A stretch of 64,000 nucleotides of DNA from Pristiophorus japonicus (Eukaryota), in assembly GCF_044704955.1 (NCBI RefSeq), contig NC_091996.1:62744001-62808000 (forward strand). Direction: 5' to 3'. Below are positions 1 to 13,409 of this stretch, piece by piece (positions within the stretch are counted from its first letter, which is position 1; every line of letters starts with the position of its first letter). Below the pieces are notes generated by a model. It saw only the letters and a program-made list of their open reading frames with translations. It did no database searches and was not told the DNA's origin. The translations under genes were made by a program, and so were the position numbers.

Positions 1-1191
1 CCGCCACGCTGCTCATGGCTGCCGCTCGCCACTCCTTTTATGGCCCCGACCTGCCGCAGATGGTCTCTCGCAGGTCGGGGTTGCCACGCTGTCCAGGGGC
101 CGCTTGCCGCTCCTTTTATACTACATCCACCTTGTCTATCCTGCTAGTTACACCCTCAAATATCTCTAACATCAACAACAACTTGTATTTATATAGCACC
201 TTTAACATAGTGAAATGTCCTAAGGCGCTGCACAGGAGCCTCACAGGCGTCATCGCCCCAACCCTCTTCTCAATCTTCCTCGCTGCCATGCTCCACCTCA
301 CACTCGACAAGCTCCCCGCTGGAGTGGAACTAAACTACAGAACCAGGGGGAAGCTGTTTAACCTACGCCGCCTCCAGGCCAGGTCCAAGACCACCCCAAC
401 CTCTGTCGTCGAGCTAAAGATCGCAGACGACGCCTGCGTCTGTGCACATACAGAGGCTGAACAGGACATAGTCGACATATTCACTGAGGCATACGAAAGC
501 ATAGGCCTTACGCTAAACATCAGCAAGACAAAGGTCCTCCACCAGCCTGTCCTTACCGCACAGCACTGTCCCCCAGTCATCAAGATCCACGACGCGGCCC
601 TGGACAACGTGGACCATTTCTCATACCTCGGGAGCCTCCTATCAACAAGAGCAGACATTGATAACGAGATCCAACACCGCCTCCAGTGCGCCAGTGCAGC
701 CTTCGGCCGCCTGAGGAAAAGAGTGCTTGAAGACCAGGCCCTCAAAACTGCCACCAAGCTCATGGTCTACAGGGCTGTAGTAATACCTGCTCTCCTGTAT
801 GGCTCAGAAACATGGACCATGTACAGTAGACATCTCAAGGCGCTGGAGAAATACCACCAACGATGTCTCCGCAAGATCCTGCAAATCCCCTGGGAGGACA
901 GACACAGCAACATTAGCGTCCTCGACCAGGTCAACATCCCCAACATCAAAGCACTGACCACACTTGATCAGCTCCGCTGGGCCGACCACATAGTTCGCAT
1001 GCCAGACACGAGACTCCCAAAGCAAACGAGCCAAAGGTGGGCAGCGGAAACCTTACAAGGACATCCTCAAAGCCTCCCTGATAAAGTGCAACATCCCCAT
1101 TGACACCTGGGAGACCCTGGCCAAAGACCGCCCTAAGTGGAGGAAGCGTATCCAAGAGGGTGCTGAGCACCTCTCGTCTCATCGCCGGGAG

Positions 1192-4100
1192 TATTGTGTT
1201 CCTAACACAGATGAGGCTGCACACAAGGAGGTTAAAGTAACAGTGACCTCAGTCTTTAATAAGACACTCCAGAGTGAGGAACAGGCCTTAGGGGCCAGCT
1301 TATATACAGTGCTCCCAAGGGATGCTGGGATCCCTTGGGACTTCAGGGGATGAGCTCCCTGGTGGCAGAACATGGGAGTGCATGCTTTACAGATACACAA
1401 CATCACTCCCCTGCAAAGTCAAAGTGAAAACTATTTACAAGGTGAGGCAGTCGGGAGCCTTTCTTTCCCTGGTGGACCGCCTCAGTATAAATGTCTGTTC
1501 TGGTGAGTTGGCTGTGCCCTCACTGGGCTGGCATGTTGCTGGCCCTGCAGGGTTGCTAGGTGAGCCTGGCCTTGCTGGGCTGTTGGGCGTGATGGGTTCG
1601 ATTTCCTGGTCCAGCGTGGTGTCGTTGATCCTTTGCGTGTGTTGTGGGCTCGAAAAAGGTGGTGTCTGCTGTGGGTTGTTCAGGGCAGTCTGTGAACCGC
1701 AGCCTCGTTTGGTCCAGGTGCTTTCTGCAAATTTGTCCATTGTCTAGTTTGACCACCATTACCCTATTCCCTTCTTTAGCTATCACCGTGCCCGCGATCC
1801 ACTTGGGGCCATGTCCATAGTTTAGCACATACACAGGGTCATTCACATCAATTTCCCGTGACACAGTGGCGCGACCATCGTTTACATTTTGTTGCTGCCA
1901 CCTGCTCTCTACCTGATCATGCAGGTTGGGGTGAACCAGCGAGAGTCTGGTTTTAAGTGTCCTTTTCATGAGATGGGAGCACCCGTGAGCGAGTGGGGTC
2001 TCGTGCGGTAGCTGAGCAGTACTCGGGACAGGCGGGTTTGGAGTGAGCCTTCTGTGACTTGTTTAAGGCTCTGTTTGATGGTTTGTACTGCCCGCTCTAC
2101 CTGCCCATTTGAGGCTGGTTTAAATGGAGCTGAGGTGACATGTTTGATCCCATTGCGGGTCATGAATTCTTTAAATTCGGCACTGGTGAAACATGGCCCG
2201 TTGTCACTGACCAGTATGTCAGGCAGGCTGTGGGTGGCAAACATGGCCCTCAGGCTTTCAATGGTGCTGCCCAACATTATTTCACATTCAATCCATTTTG
2301 AAAAAGCATCCACCACCACCAGGAACATTTTACCGAGAAACGGGCCCGCATAGTCGACATGGATCCTCGACCATGGTCTGGAGGGCTAGGACCACAAACT
2401 TAGCGATGCCTCTCTGAGCGCGTTGCTCAACTGAGCACATACGCTGCATTGCTGTACGCAGGACTCGAAGTCAGAGTCGATACCGGGCCACCACACATGG
2501 GATCTGGCTATCGCTTTCATCATTACTATATCCGGGTTTGTGCTATGGAGATCCGAGATGAACGTCTCCTGCCCTTTTTTGGTCGCACTACGCGATTACC
2601 CCACAACAGGCAGTCTGCCTGAATGGACAGCTCGTCCTTTCGCCATTGGAATGGCTTGATTGGCTCTTGCATTTCAACGGGGATGCTGGCCCAGCTCCCA
2701 TGCAGTACACAGTTTTTTACTAGGGACAGCAGAGGATCTTGGCTGGTCCAAGTCCTAATCTAGCGGGCCGTGACAGGTGATTTATCATTTTCAAATGCTT
2801 CCATGACCATCAACAAGTCTGCGGGCTGCGCCACCATCAACAAGTTTGCAGGCTGCGCCATTTCCACCCCCGTGGTGGGCAATGGTAGCCGACTGAGAGC
2901 ATCCGCACAGTTCTCGGTGCCTGGCCTGTGGCGGATGCTATTGTTATATGCTGATAGCGCGAGTGCCCACCTTTGTATGCAGGCTGAGGCTGATATGTCC
3001 TTACTATACAGTACAAATGCACACGAGCCCCATGCTTGAGAGAAGGTCACTCTGTGACCAGCAACTTTTATTCCAGCACTGAAGTGATGAAGGTGAGTGG
3101 AACTTCCCCTTTTATACCTGAAAGACCAGGTTAGGAGTGTCTCCCACAAGTTCACCACCGAGTGGTCAATGTTCTCACAGTGTACAACTAGTCAGTTTAT
3201 ACATGGGTTACAATGACAGTTAAAGACATGACATCACCTCCCCCCCAAAGTCTTATTGGGATCATAGGTTAAGTCTCTCTGGTGGTTTACGCTCCCTTGT
3301 ACAGCGCCTGAGTTGGGGCTCCGGTTGTTGGGCGCTGGCCTGAGTGTCTGCTGTTTGCAGTGCCTCAGACCTGTCCGGATTGCCCACAGTGACTGGGCTC
3401 TCCTCCACTTGGTTCCGGTGTTCGGCCACCTGTGGTGGTGGAGTGAACTCTACATCGTGTTCTTCCTCTGCTTCTATGGGGTTGCTGAACCTCCTTTTTG
3501 TTTGATTTACGTGTTTGCGGCAGATTTGTCCACTGGTAAGTTTAACTACCAGAATCCTATTCCCCTCTTTGGCAATCACAGTGCCTGTGAGCCATTTAGG
3601 CCCTGCAGCGTAGTTGAGAACAAAGACAGGGTCATTGACATCAATACATCGCGCCCTCGCATTCCCATCATGGTAGTCACATTGTGACTGGCGCCTGCTC
3701 TCAACAATTTCTTTCATGGTGGGGTATATAAGGGATAACCTGGTTTTGAGCATCCTTTTCATTAGCAGCTCTGCGGGTGGGACCCCTGTGAGCGAGTGTG
3801 GTCGGGATCTATTGGCCAACAGGAGGCGTGATAAGCGGCTTTGTAGGGAACCACATTGGATTCTGAGCATCCCCTGTTTGAGGCCGGCTTGAACGGTGCC
3901 GTTCTGACATGGTTGAAACTATTTCCTGCCATGAAGTCCTGGAATTCAATGCTTGTAAAGCATGGGCCATTGTCACTGACCAAGATGTCAGGTAGACCAT
4001 GGGCGGTGAACATTGCCCGTAGACTTTCTACCGTGGCCGAGGATGTGCTTGAATTGAGAATGTCACACTCGATCCATTTGGGGTAGGCGTCTACTACAAC

Positions 4101-7100
4101 CAAAAACATTTTTCCCATGAAAGGACCTGCGTAGTCCACATGGATGCGTGACCATGGCTTGGCGGGCCAGGACCAGGGGCTAAGGGGGGCTTCCCTGGGT
4201 GCATTGTCCAGCTGGGCGCACGTGTTGCACCTGCGAACACAAAGTTCCAGGTCTGCAAACGTGTGATCTGGCAATTGCCTTCATCATGACAATGCCCGGG
4301 TGCTCATTGTGGAGTTCTCTGATGAACATCTCTCTGCCCATCTGGGGCATCACTACTTGGTTTCCCTATAGTAGGCAATCGGCCTGAATCGAGAGTTCAT
4401 CCTTGCGCCTGTGAAATGGTTTGAATTCCGCAGGGCATGCCCCGTACGTGACTGCTCAGTCCCCATTAAGGACACATTTCTTGACTAAAGACAGTAGCGG
4501 GTCTCTATTTGTCCAGACTTTGATATGACGGGCTGTCACGGGTGAGCCTTCACTTTCGAAAGCTTCCATAGCCATGACCATCTCAGCAGCATGCTCGGTT
4601 GCTCCCTCGGTGGTGGCTAGTGGGAGCCTGCTGAGTGCATCGGTGCAGTTTTCAGTGCCCGGTCTGTGCCGAATTGTATAGTCATAGGCGGCTAACGTGA
4701 GTGCCCACCTCTGTATGCGGGCCGATGCATTTGCATTTATGGCCTTGTTGTCGGCCAAAAGGGATGTTCGGGGTTTGTGATCTGTCTCAGCTCAAATTTC
4801 CTGACGAACAGGTATTGGTGCATTTTTTTACAGCATATACACACGCAAGTGCTTCCTTTTCTACCATCCCGTAGCCCTGTTCTGCCTGGAACAGACTCCT
4901 GGGGGCATAAGCTACCGGCTGTAACTGACCGTTGGCATTAACATGCTGCTACACACACCCGACCCCATAGGACGATGAGTTCCACGTTAAAACAAGTTTC
5001 TTACATGAGTCATATAGCGTTAACAGATTGTTGGAGCATAACAAATTTCGTGCTCTATCAAAGCCCTTTCCTGGCTGTCCCCCCAGACCCATTCATGACC
5101 TTTGCGTAGGAGCATGTGTAGCGGCTCTAACAGCGTGCTCAATTTGGGAAGAAAGTTACCAAACTAGTTCAGGAGCCCGAGGAACGAACGCAGCTCCATT
5201 GTGTTACGGGGTCTGGGTGTTCTCTGGATCGCTTCTGTTTTGGACGCAGTAGGTCTGATCCCGTATGCTGCTACCCTCATTCCCAGGAATTCTACCTCTG
5301 GAGCTAGGAAGATGCACTTCGCCTTTTTCAGTCGCAGACCTACCCGGTCCAGTCTGCGTAGCACCTCCTCCAGGTTGTAGAGGTGTTCTTCAGTATCACA
5401 ACCCGTGATGAGGATGTCGTCTTGAAAAACCACTGTCCTTGGAATCGACTTGAGGAAGCTTTCCATATTGCGTTGAAAGATCGTGGCGGCCGAGCGAATC
5501 CCAAACGAACATCTGTTGTACTCAAACAACCCCTTGTGTGTTGTGATGATGGTCAGCTTCTTCGACTCACTCGCCAGCTCCTGGGTCATGTAAGCTGAGG
5601 TTAGGTCCAATTTTGAAAAAGGTTTTCCACTGGATAGCGTCGCGAAGAGGTCCTCCGCTCTTGGTAGCGGGTACTGGTCTTGGAGTGACACCCGATTGAT
5701 GGTGGCCTTGTAATCACCACATATCCTGACCGACCCATCCGCCTTGAGCACTGGCACAATCGGGCTCGCCCAGTCACTGAATTTGACTGGCGAGATGATG
5801 CCTTCCCTTAGCAGGCGGTCCAATTCGCCTTCTATCTTTTCCCGCATCATGTATGGCACCACTCTGGCCTTGTGGTGTACTGGCCTGGCGTCCAGGTTTA
5901 TGTGAATCACTACCTTGGTCCCCATGAAAGTGCCAATGCCAGGCTGAAATAATGAGTCAAATTTGTCCAGGACCTGTGAGCATGATATTTGCTCCACAGA
6001 GGAAATTGCATTGACATCGCCCCATTTCCAGTTCATGACAGCCAACCAACTCCTCCCCAGTAGTGCGGGACCATCTCCCGGAACAATCCTGAGTGGCAAC
6101 CTGTTCTCCGAATCTTTGTGGGTCCCGACTACCGTGGCGCTGCCTAGCACCGGAATGATCTCCTTTGTATATGTCCGTAGCTGTGCGTCAATTGGCAATT
6201 ATTTTGACCTCCCGGCCTTGGACACCCACAACTTGTCGAACTGTTTGATACTCATCAGGGACTGGCTTGCCCCTGTGTCTAGCTCCATTGATACTGGGAT
6301 GCCATTGAGGAGCACTTTCATCATTATCGGTGGCGTCCTGGTGTATGAACTGTATACGTGTTCCACATGAACTCGCTGAACTTCAGCTTCCAGCGATTTC
6401 CCCCAGTGTCCATTTGGTCCCGTAGGGGTCACATCGTCCCCGTCCTCCTTGTACATCAGCCTGGCTGCAGGCTTCCTGCCAAGTGACCGCTGATGTTGCA
6501 ATTTCTGCAGGTGTATTGCTGATACCTGCAAGCTCTGGCTGTGTGTTTGCCTCCACACCTCCAACATGAGCCGTTGTTGGAAACAAAAGGCCCATTACCA
6601 GCCGATCGTCTCTGACTGTCTCTGTAACTGTCCTTAAGCGCACCATTAACAGGCGTTGATGGCCCCATTACTGGTCGCATTGTCCCTTGCGATGGCATGA
6701 ATCGCCGTTCAGCTAGCCATTGTCTCTGTTGAATTCCCCCTTTGGATTCGACTACATGCTCGGGCATGTCCGATTGTCACTGTCTGCCTGGGGAACTGTG
6801 TGTCGCATTAACAATGTAGACTCCCTATCCATTTGCTGCATTTAAACCAAGATTTTTGTCAAACATCAATCTGGTCTCTTCCTCCCCTGAGATAAATGTC
6901 TGGGCCATCAAAGCCGCTGTTTCCAGGGTCAAGTCTTTGTTCTCAATCAGTTTCCTGAAAACCCCAGCGTGCCCGATGCCCTCAATAAAAATGTCTCGCA
7001 GCATCTCCGCTCTGCATGCATCTGGGAACTTACATAGGCTCGCCAGTCGCCGTAGGTCTGCCACGAAGTCTGGAACGCTTTGCCCTTCTCGCCGCCGGTG

Positions 7101-10100
7101 CATATAAAACCGGTGTCTCGCCATGTGCATGCTGCTCGCCGGTTTAAAGTGTTCCCCGATCAACTCACTGAGCTCTTCAAAAGTCTTGTCCGCCGGCTTC
7201 TCTGGCGCTAGAAGGTCCTTCATCAGGGAGTACGTCCTGGACCCACAAACCGTCAGGAGATGAGCCCTGCGTTTGTCGGCCGAATCCTGTCCCAGCCATT
7301 CCTTAGTGACGAAACTTTGCTGTAGTCTCTCAATAAAGTCGTCTCAATCATCACCAACACAGTACCTCTCATCTGTGCTGCCAGTGGCCATGCTCGCGTG
7401 GTTTAAATCCCAGTTTCTCGTCGCCAATGATATGTCCGTACTATACAGTACAAATGCACACGAGGCCCATGCTTGAGAGAAGGTCATTCTGTGACCAGCA
7501 ACTTTTATTCCAGCACTGAAGTGATGAAGGTGGGTGGAGCTTCCCCTTTTATACCTGAAAGTCCAGGTTAGGAGTGTCTCCCACAAATTCACCACCTAGT
7601 GGTCAATGTTCTCACAGTCTACAACTAGTAAGTTTATACATGGGTTACAATGACAGTTAAATACATGACAGAGGCATTAGTATTTATCCCCTTGTTTTCA
7701 GCGAACAGGGATGTGAGGGGCTTGTGATCGGTTTCCAACTCAAATTTGAGGTACTGATGCATTTTCTTTACCCCGAACACACACGCTAATGCCTCTTTCT
7801 CAATCATGCTGTAGACCCTCTAGGCCTTAGACAAGCTCCTGGAAGCATAGGCGACAGGTTGCAACTTCCCCGCAACGTTAGCTTGTTGTAATACACACCC
7901 GACTCCATACGATGACGCGTCACATGCTAGCACAAGTCTTTTACACAGGTTATACAATACAAGCAGCTTGTTGGAGCATAAAATGTTTCTGTCTTTCTCA
8001 AAAGCAATTACTTGTTTTTTTCCCCATACCCAGTTCTCACCTTTGCGCAATAACACATGTAGGGGCTCTAAAAGGGTGCTTAACCCTGGTAGGAAGTTAC
8101 CAAAATAGTTGAGGAGTCCCAAGAACGACCGCAGCTCCGTGACGTTCTGTGACCTGGGCGCATTCCTGATAGCCTCTGTCTTGGCATCTGTGGGCCGAAT
8201 GCCATCCACTGCGATCTTTCTCCCCAAAAACCCCACTTCTGTTGCCCTGAAGATGCATTTCGACCTCTTCAGCTGCAGCCCTATGCGATCCAGTCGCTGG
8301 AGGACCTCCTCCAGGTTTTGTAGGTACTCGTCGGTGTCCCGACCCGTGACCAATATGTCGTCCTGAAAGACCACCGTGTGTACTACAGACTTGAGCAGGC
8401 TCTCCATGTTTCTCTGGAAGATCGCTGCAGCCGACCGAATTCCAAACGGGAATGAACAGTCACTTGTGCTTGTTGATGCAGGTGCCAAGCCCTTCGAAGA
8501 CTCCTCCAGCTCCTGCGTCATGTAGGCCGAAGTCAGGTCGAGCTTGGTGAATGCCTTGCCTCCTGCCAGCATCGCAAATAGGTCGTCTGCCTTAGGTAGC
8601 GAGTATTGGTCCTGTAGAGAGAAACGATTAATAGTTACTTTATAATCGCCGCAAATCCTGACCATGCTATCACTTTTGAGCACTGGAACAATCGGGCTGG
8701 CCCACTCGCTTCATTCCACTGGGGAGTTGATGCCCTCGCGTTGCAGCCTGTCCAGCTCGATTTCCACTCTCTCCCTCATGTGAGGTACCGCTCGCGCCTT
8801 GTGGTGAATGGGTCATGCCTCTGGGACCAAGTGGATCTGTACCTTCGCCCTGGAAAAGTTTCCAATGCCTGGCTCAAAAAGAGAAGGAAATTTGTTAAGA
8901 ACCTGGGTACATGAGGCCTCATTGACATGTAATAATGCTCGGATATCATCCCAGTTCCAGCGGATTTTGCCCAGCCAGCTCCTTCCAAGCAGTGTGGGGC
9001 CATCGCCCAGGACAATCCAGAGTGGCAGTTCGTGCATCGTGCCCTCGTAGGTGACCTTAACCATGGCGCTGCCCAGGACAGTGATACGCTCTTTGGTGTA
9101 CGTTCTCAGTTTCATGTGGATGGGGCTCAGGGCTGGTCTGAATGCTTTGTTGCACCACAGTCTCTCAAACATCTTTTTACTCATGATGGATTGGCTAGCG
9201 CCAGTGTCCAGTTCCCTGGCTATGGGTAAGCCATTCAATTTTACGTTTAGCATTATAGGTGGACATTTCGTTGAAAATGTGTGCACCCTGTGTACTTCAG
9301 CATCTGCCTCCTCTCTCTGAGGCTTGAAATTGCTTTGATCCACCATGGACCGATCTTCCTCTGTCACGTGGTGGTTCGCAGGTTTTGCAGAGCTTGCAGC
9401 TTGTTTGCAAATTCGTTGGAGGTGTCCCATTGTTCCACAGCTCTTGCAAACATACCCTTTGAAGCAGCATGAATAGGCTGAATGGAAGCCTCCACAACAC
9501 CAACAAGGTGTGAATTGCCTTGTCATCTGGGTCACCTGAGGCCTGCTGGCAGTTGCAGACTCTGCCCTGTACATTTCTGCTCACAAACACAGTTCCAGTT
9601 CATTTATGAACATTGCTAGCACTTGTGTGCTGAGAGATTTTGTTTGGTGTTATCACTGGTGGACATAAACGCTTGTGCTGTCGCAATGGCCTTACTGAGG
9701 GTCGGTGTCTCTACAGTCAAAAGTTTTCGTAGGATGGTCTCATGGCCAATGCCCAGTACAAAAAAGTCTCTGAGCATTTGCTCCAGGTAGCCATCAAACT
9801 CACATTGTCCTGCAAGTCGCCTTAGCTCGGCAACGTAGCTCGCCACTTCCTGACCTTCAGATCGCTGGCACATGTAGAACCGATACCTCGCCATCAGCAC
9901 GCTCTCCCTCAGGTTAAGATGCTCCCGAACCGGTGTACACAGCTCCTCATACGACTTATCTGTGGGTTTCACCAGAGCCAGAAGATTCTTCATGAGGCTG
10001 TAGGTCGGTGCCCCGCAGACCGTGAGGAGGACCGCTCTCCTTTTTGCAGCGCTTCCTTCTCCGTCCAGCTCATTGGCTACAAAGTACTGGTCTAGCTGTT

Positions 10101-10407
10101 TGACATAGGCTTCCCAGTCCTCACCCTCCGAGAACTTCTCCAGGATGCCCACAGTTTGCTGCATCATTGCGTTGGATTCGTATTCTCATCGCCAGTTATT
10201 GTGTTCCTAACACAGATGAGGCTGCACACAGGGAGGTTAAAGTAACAGTGACCTCAGTCTTTAATAAGACACTCCAGAATGAGGAACAGGCCTCAGGGGC
10301 CGGCTTATATACAGTGCTCCCAAAGGATGCTGGGATCCCTTGGGACTTCAGGGAATGAGCTCCCTGGTGGCGGAACATGGGAGTGCATGCTTTACAGATA
10401 CACAACA
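1192..10407 (-). mobile_element. Gypsy LTR retrotransposon A (degraded gag-pol), interrupted by Gypsy B
   Basis: 211-bp LTRs at 1192-1402 and 10197-10407; PBS TGGCGATGAG next to the 5' LTR; purine tract next to the 3' LTR; TSD gggag/gagag. Gag 10167-9616, protease DTGAS in 9574-8813, RT FQDD in 8683-7820, integrase LVSDNGPCF in 2328-1966. Confidence 0.95.
2991..7670 (-). mobile_element. Gypsy LTR retrotransposon B, full length but frameshifted, nested in the pol of element A
   Basis: 243-bp TG..CA LTRs at 2991-3233 and 7428-7670; perfect TSD GAGGC (2986-2990, 7671-7675); PBS TGGCGACGAG; PPT GGGGGGGAGGTGA; gag ATG at 7391; protease DTGAS, RT FQDD and integrase DNGPCF in gypsy order. Confidence 0.97.
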
Positions 10408-13400
10408 GAGAGTGTGCAGAAATCACGCGCAGGCAGTGGAAAGAGCGTGCGGCAAACCAGTCCCACCTACCCCTTCCCTCAACGACTATCTGGCCACCTG
10501 TGACAGAGACTGTGGTTCTCGTAGTGGACTATACAGCCACCTAAGAACTCATGTTAAGAGTGAAAGCAAGTCTTCCTCGATTCCGAGGGACTGCCTATGA
10601 TGATGATGATAAGATAAAAAATTTGACACCGAGTCGCACAAGTAGAAATTAGCGCAGGTAACCAAAAGCTTGTTCAAAGATGTTTTGAGGAGCGTCTTGA
10701 AGGAGGAAAGAGAGGTAGGAGAGGTGGAGCTGTTTAGGCACGGAATTTCAGAGCTTGGGGCCTAGGCAACAGAAGGCACGATCACCAATGATTGAGCGAT
10801 TATAATCGGGGTTGCTCAAGAGGGCAGAATTAGAGGAGCGCAGACATCTCAGGGGGTTGTGGGGCTGGAGGAGATTACAGAGATAAGGAGGGGCGAGGCC
10901 ATGGAGGGATCTGAATATAAGGATGAGAATTTTGAAATCAAGGCGTTGCTTAACCGGAAGCCAATGTAGGTCAGCGCGCACAGGGGTGACGGGTGAGCAG
11001 GACTTGGTGTGAGTTAGGACACGGCCAGCCGAGATAGATTTGTCAAGTACGATTTCTCTTTCATAAAACCATGTTGACTCTGCCGAATCATATTGTGAGC
11101 TTCCAAGTGCCCTGTTACCATGCCCTTAATAATAGATTCTAGTAGGTCAGGCTAACTGGCCTATAATTCTGTTTTCTCTCTCCTTTTTTGAACGGTGGGG
11201 TTACATTTGCTACCTTCCAATCTAAGGGTACCATTCTAGAATCTGGGGAATTCCTCAGTCTCTTCCATTCATTGCTTTGATTTCATGCTGTCTGCGTATC
11301 TCTGCTGTCAATCTGTCTTTCACTCTCTCTTGTCCATCTGTCTCTGCTGTTCATCTCTCTCTATTTCAGCTGTTTATTGTAAAAACTCAATGTATTCACT
11401 TGACATTTTTCCACTTGCTATTTTAACAGAATAAATGTTTTAATTAATTCTCGGGATGTGGGTGTCGCTGGCAAGGCCGGCATTTATTGCCCATCCCTAG
11501 TGGTGATGAGCCTTCTCCTCAAACTACTTTTTGATACAACGGAGTGGCTTGCTCGGCCACTTCCGAGGGCAGTTAAGAAGTCAACCATGTCATTATGGAC
11601 TAGAGTCATGTATACGCAAGATTGGAGAAGAATGGTATGTTTTCTTCCCTAAAGGACATTAGTGAACTACCTGGGTTTTTAAGACCATCCAACAGCTTCA
11701 TTGTCACTTTTACTAATACCTGCTTTTTATTTTCAGATTTTTATTTTAAGCGAGTTCACATTCTCAGATTGCCATCCTGTTAGCTTGATGATATTAACGT
11801 CACCCTCTAAAGGTGTACTGAAGTCTGTACAGTGGATAGCTGTAATCCTTCCAGGAGGAAATATTTTTATCTTAAAAGGCAGAATGGCAGTCAGTCACAA
11901 AATACCAGAAAGTGGACCAAATGTCGCTTTGGGGGGCATGCCCTCCCAATCCCTATAGAAAGTACATTTCTGTCCTTTGCACACACATCTCCTTCTGTAA
12001 TTTCTAAGTTCATCCATTGCTGCAGCAACAGCAACCTGCATTTATATAGTGACTTTAACGTAGACAAAACGGCCCAAGGCGTGTCACAAAAACGTACAGT
12101 AAAAATGGACACCGAGCCAAAGAAGGAGATATTCGGAGGGGCCACTGAAAACTTGGTTGAAGAGGTGGGTTTAAAGGAGAGGGAGGTGGAGGGACATATG
12201 GAGAGAATCTCATAGCATCGGGCCTCGGTGACTAAAGGCATGTTTGACAATGCTGAGTCAAAGGGACAAGGTGCCCAGAGAGAGTTTTGCTTGGCCTCTG
12301 CATGACGAGTGACCTAGTCAACACTCTACCCTCCTCCACTGTTTCTCGTTTCTCCATGGAACTGGTCTAGAATGGTGGCACCACCACCTGGCCCAGTGAA
12401 GCCACTGTAATGCCTTCTTCTCCTGTCCCAACGTGGTCACTTTGGGTGTGCCCGATATTGTCTACATGCTACCCTTGTGACATCATTCACAGGGATGGGG
12501 TAAACTTTCACATGCACACTTTTAACACCCAGATCTATCTCTCTCTACCATTCCTTGATTCCTCAACCACCTCTGTGTTGACTGACTGCTTAGCAAGATG
12601 AGCTGAAATGTCTTTCAACTCAACAGTGGCAAGACCAAAGCTGTTCTATTTGGCTGCCGTAAAAAAACAACACGCCTTAACCCTTGAATCTCCCTGGCTA
12701 ACCACTCAGGCTGATACCAGGAGGACCAGCACTTTTTGAAAGCAGGGAGAAAGAGGCAGGAGCAGTAATGGAGCTGGGTAGGGTGGGTGGGGGAAGAGAG
12801 AGGTGAAGCCAGGAACAGGACTTTGAGGGACAAAAAAGAAAGAAGCTGGAAGCAGTGCATTGTATAAGATTTTGGCTTCTGCCATATCTTATTAGTTAAT
12901 AGGTCTGATAGTCTAAATTGTCACGGTTGCCTGGGTAACTGCTGTCCACCTTACCCCACCTTCTCGAGCTGACCTACCCAAAGGCATGTAATTTATCTCT
13001 TCTGGGCTAACAACTGTCTGCTGTGATGCGTGACTGTCTGGAAATGCTAGCTCAAGCTAATTTCACTTACCCATAATGCATAATACCTGCATTTAGCATT
13101 ACAATACCCAAGTTGGTCATCGTAATACTATTACCCCTAAAACCTATTGATTGGGTGAGAAGTTGGGAGAAGCAGAGCTTGCGATGGGAGGACGGTGGGG
13201 GGGAAGTGAAAACCCAAATGCTTTTATTTTTCCTTTTTAAGACTAAAAATGTATCAGCTGTGAAGTGTGAAAAAGTTTAAAATTAACCACAATGCATCAT
13301 TTGTATTTTCAAGATTTTCCAGGGTGTATGTCCTGGACTGTCCTAGAAATGTTCGTACAATTGGGGACAGAGGGTAGCAGTTGGAAGAACTGTTACATCA

Positions 13401-13409
13401 TTGATCAAT

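Larger units (their letters stand above)
245..10610 (+). mobile_element. 5'-truncated RTE-clade LINE split by Gypsy A (pieces ~245-1191 and 10408-10610)
   Basis: RT-like motifs (GVIAPTLFSIFL, ADD, GLTLNISKTKVL, FSYLGS, LLYGSETW). Sequence resumes after the Gypsy LTR and ends in gagggactgccta(tga)n. Confidence 0.88.
172..11030 (-). mobile_element. L2-like LINE 3' fragment split by the RTE insertion (pieces ~172-240 and ~10611-11030)
   Basis: Tail caacaacaacttgtatttatatagcacc matches the intact L2 tail at 13415; the continuation aaaatttgacaccgag... follows the RTE tail; ORF RADLHWLPVKQRLDFKIL is the L2 ORF2 C-terminus. Confidence 0.75.

Noticed and set aside
15-1103. 362-aa ORF that looks like an intact RT gene
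   Set aside because: Chance fusion of an unrelated repeat, an antisense L2 tail and a 5'-truncated RTE; the catalytic motif is altered (IADD) and the C-terminus is frameshifted or deleted.
1435-10167. Domesticated or env-bearing (viral) Gypsy genes
   Set aside because: Both elements carry multiple stops and frameshifts, and integrase runs almost to the PPT, leaving no room for env.
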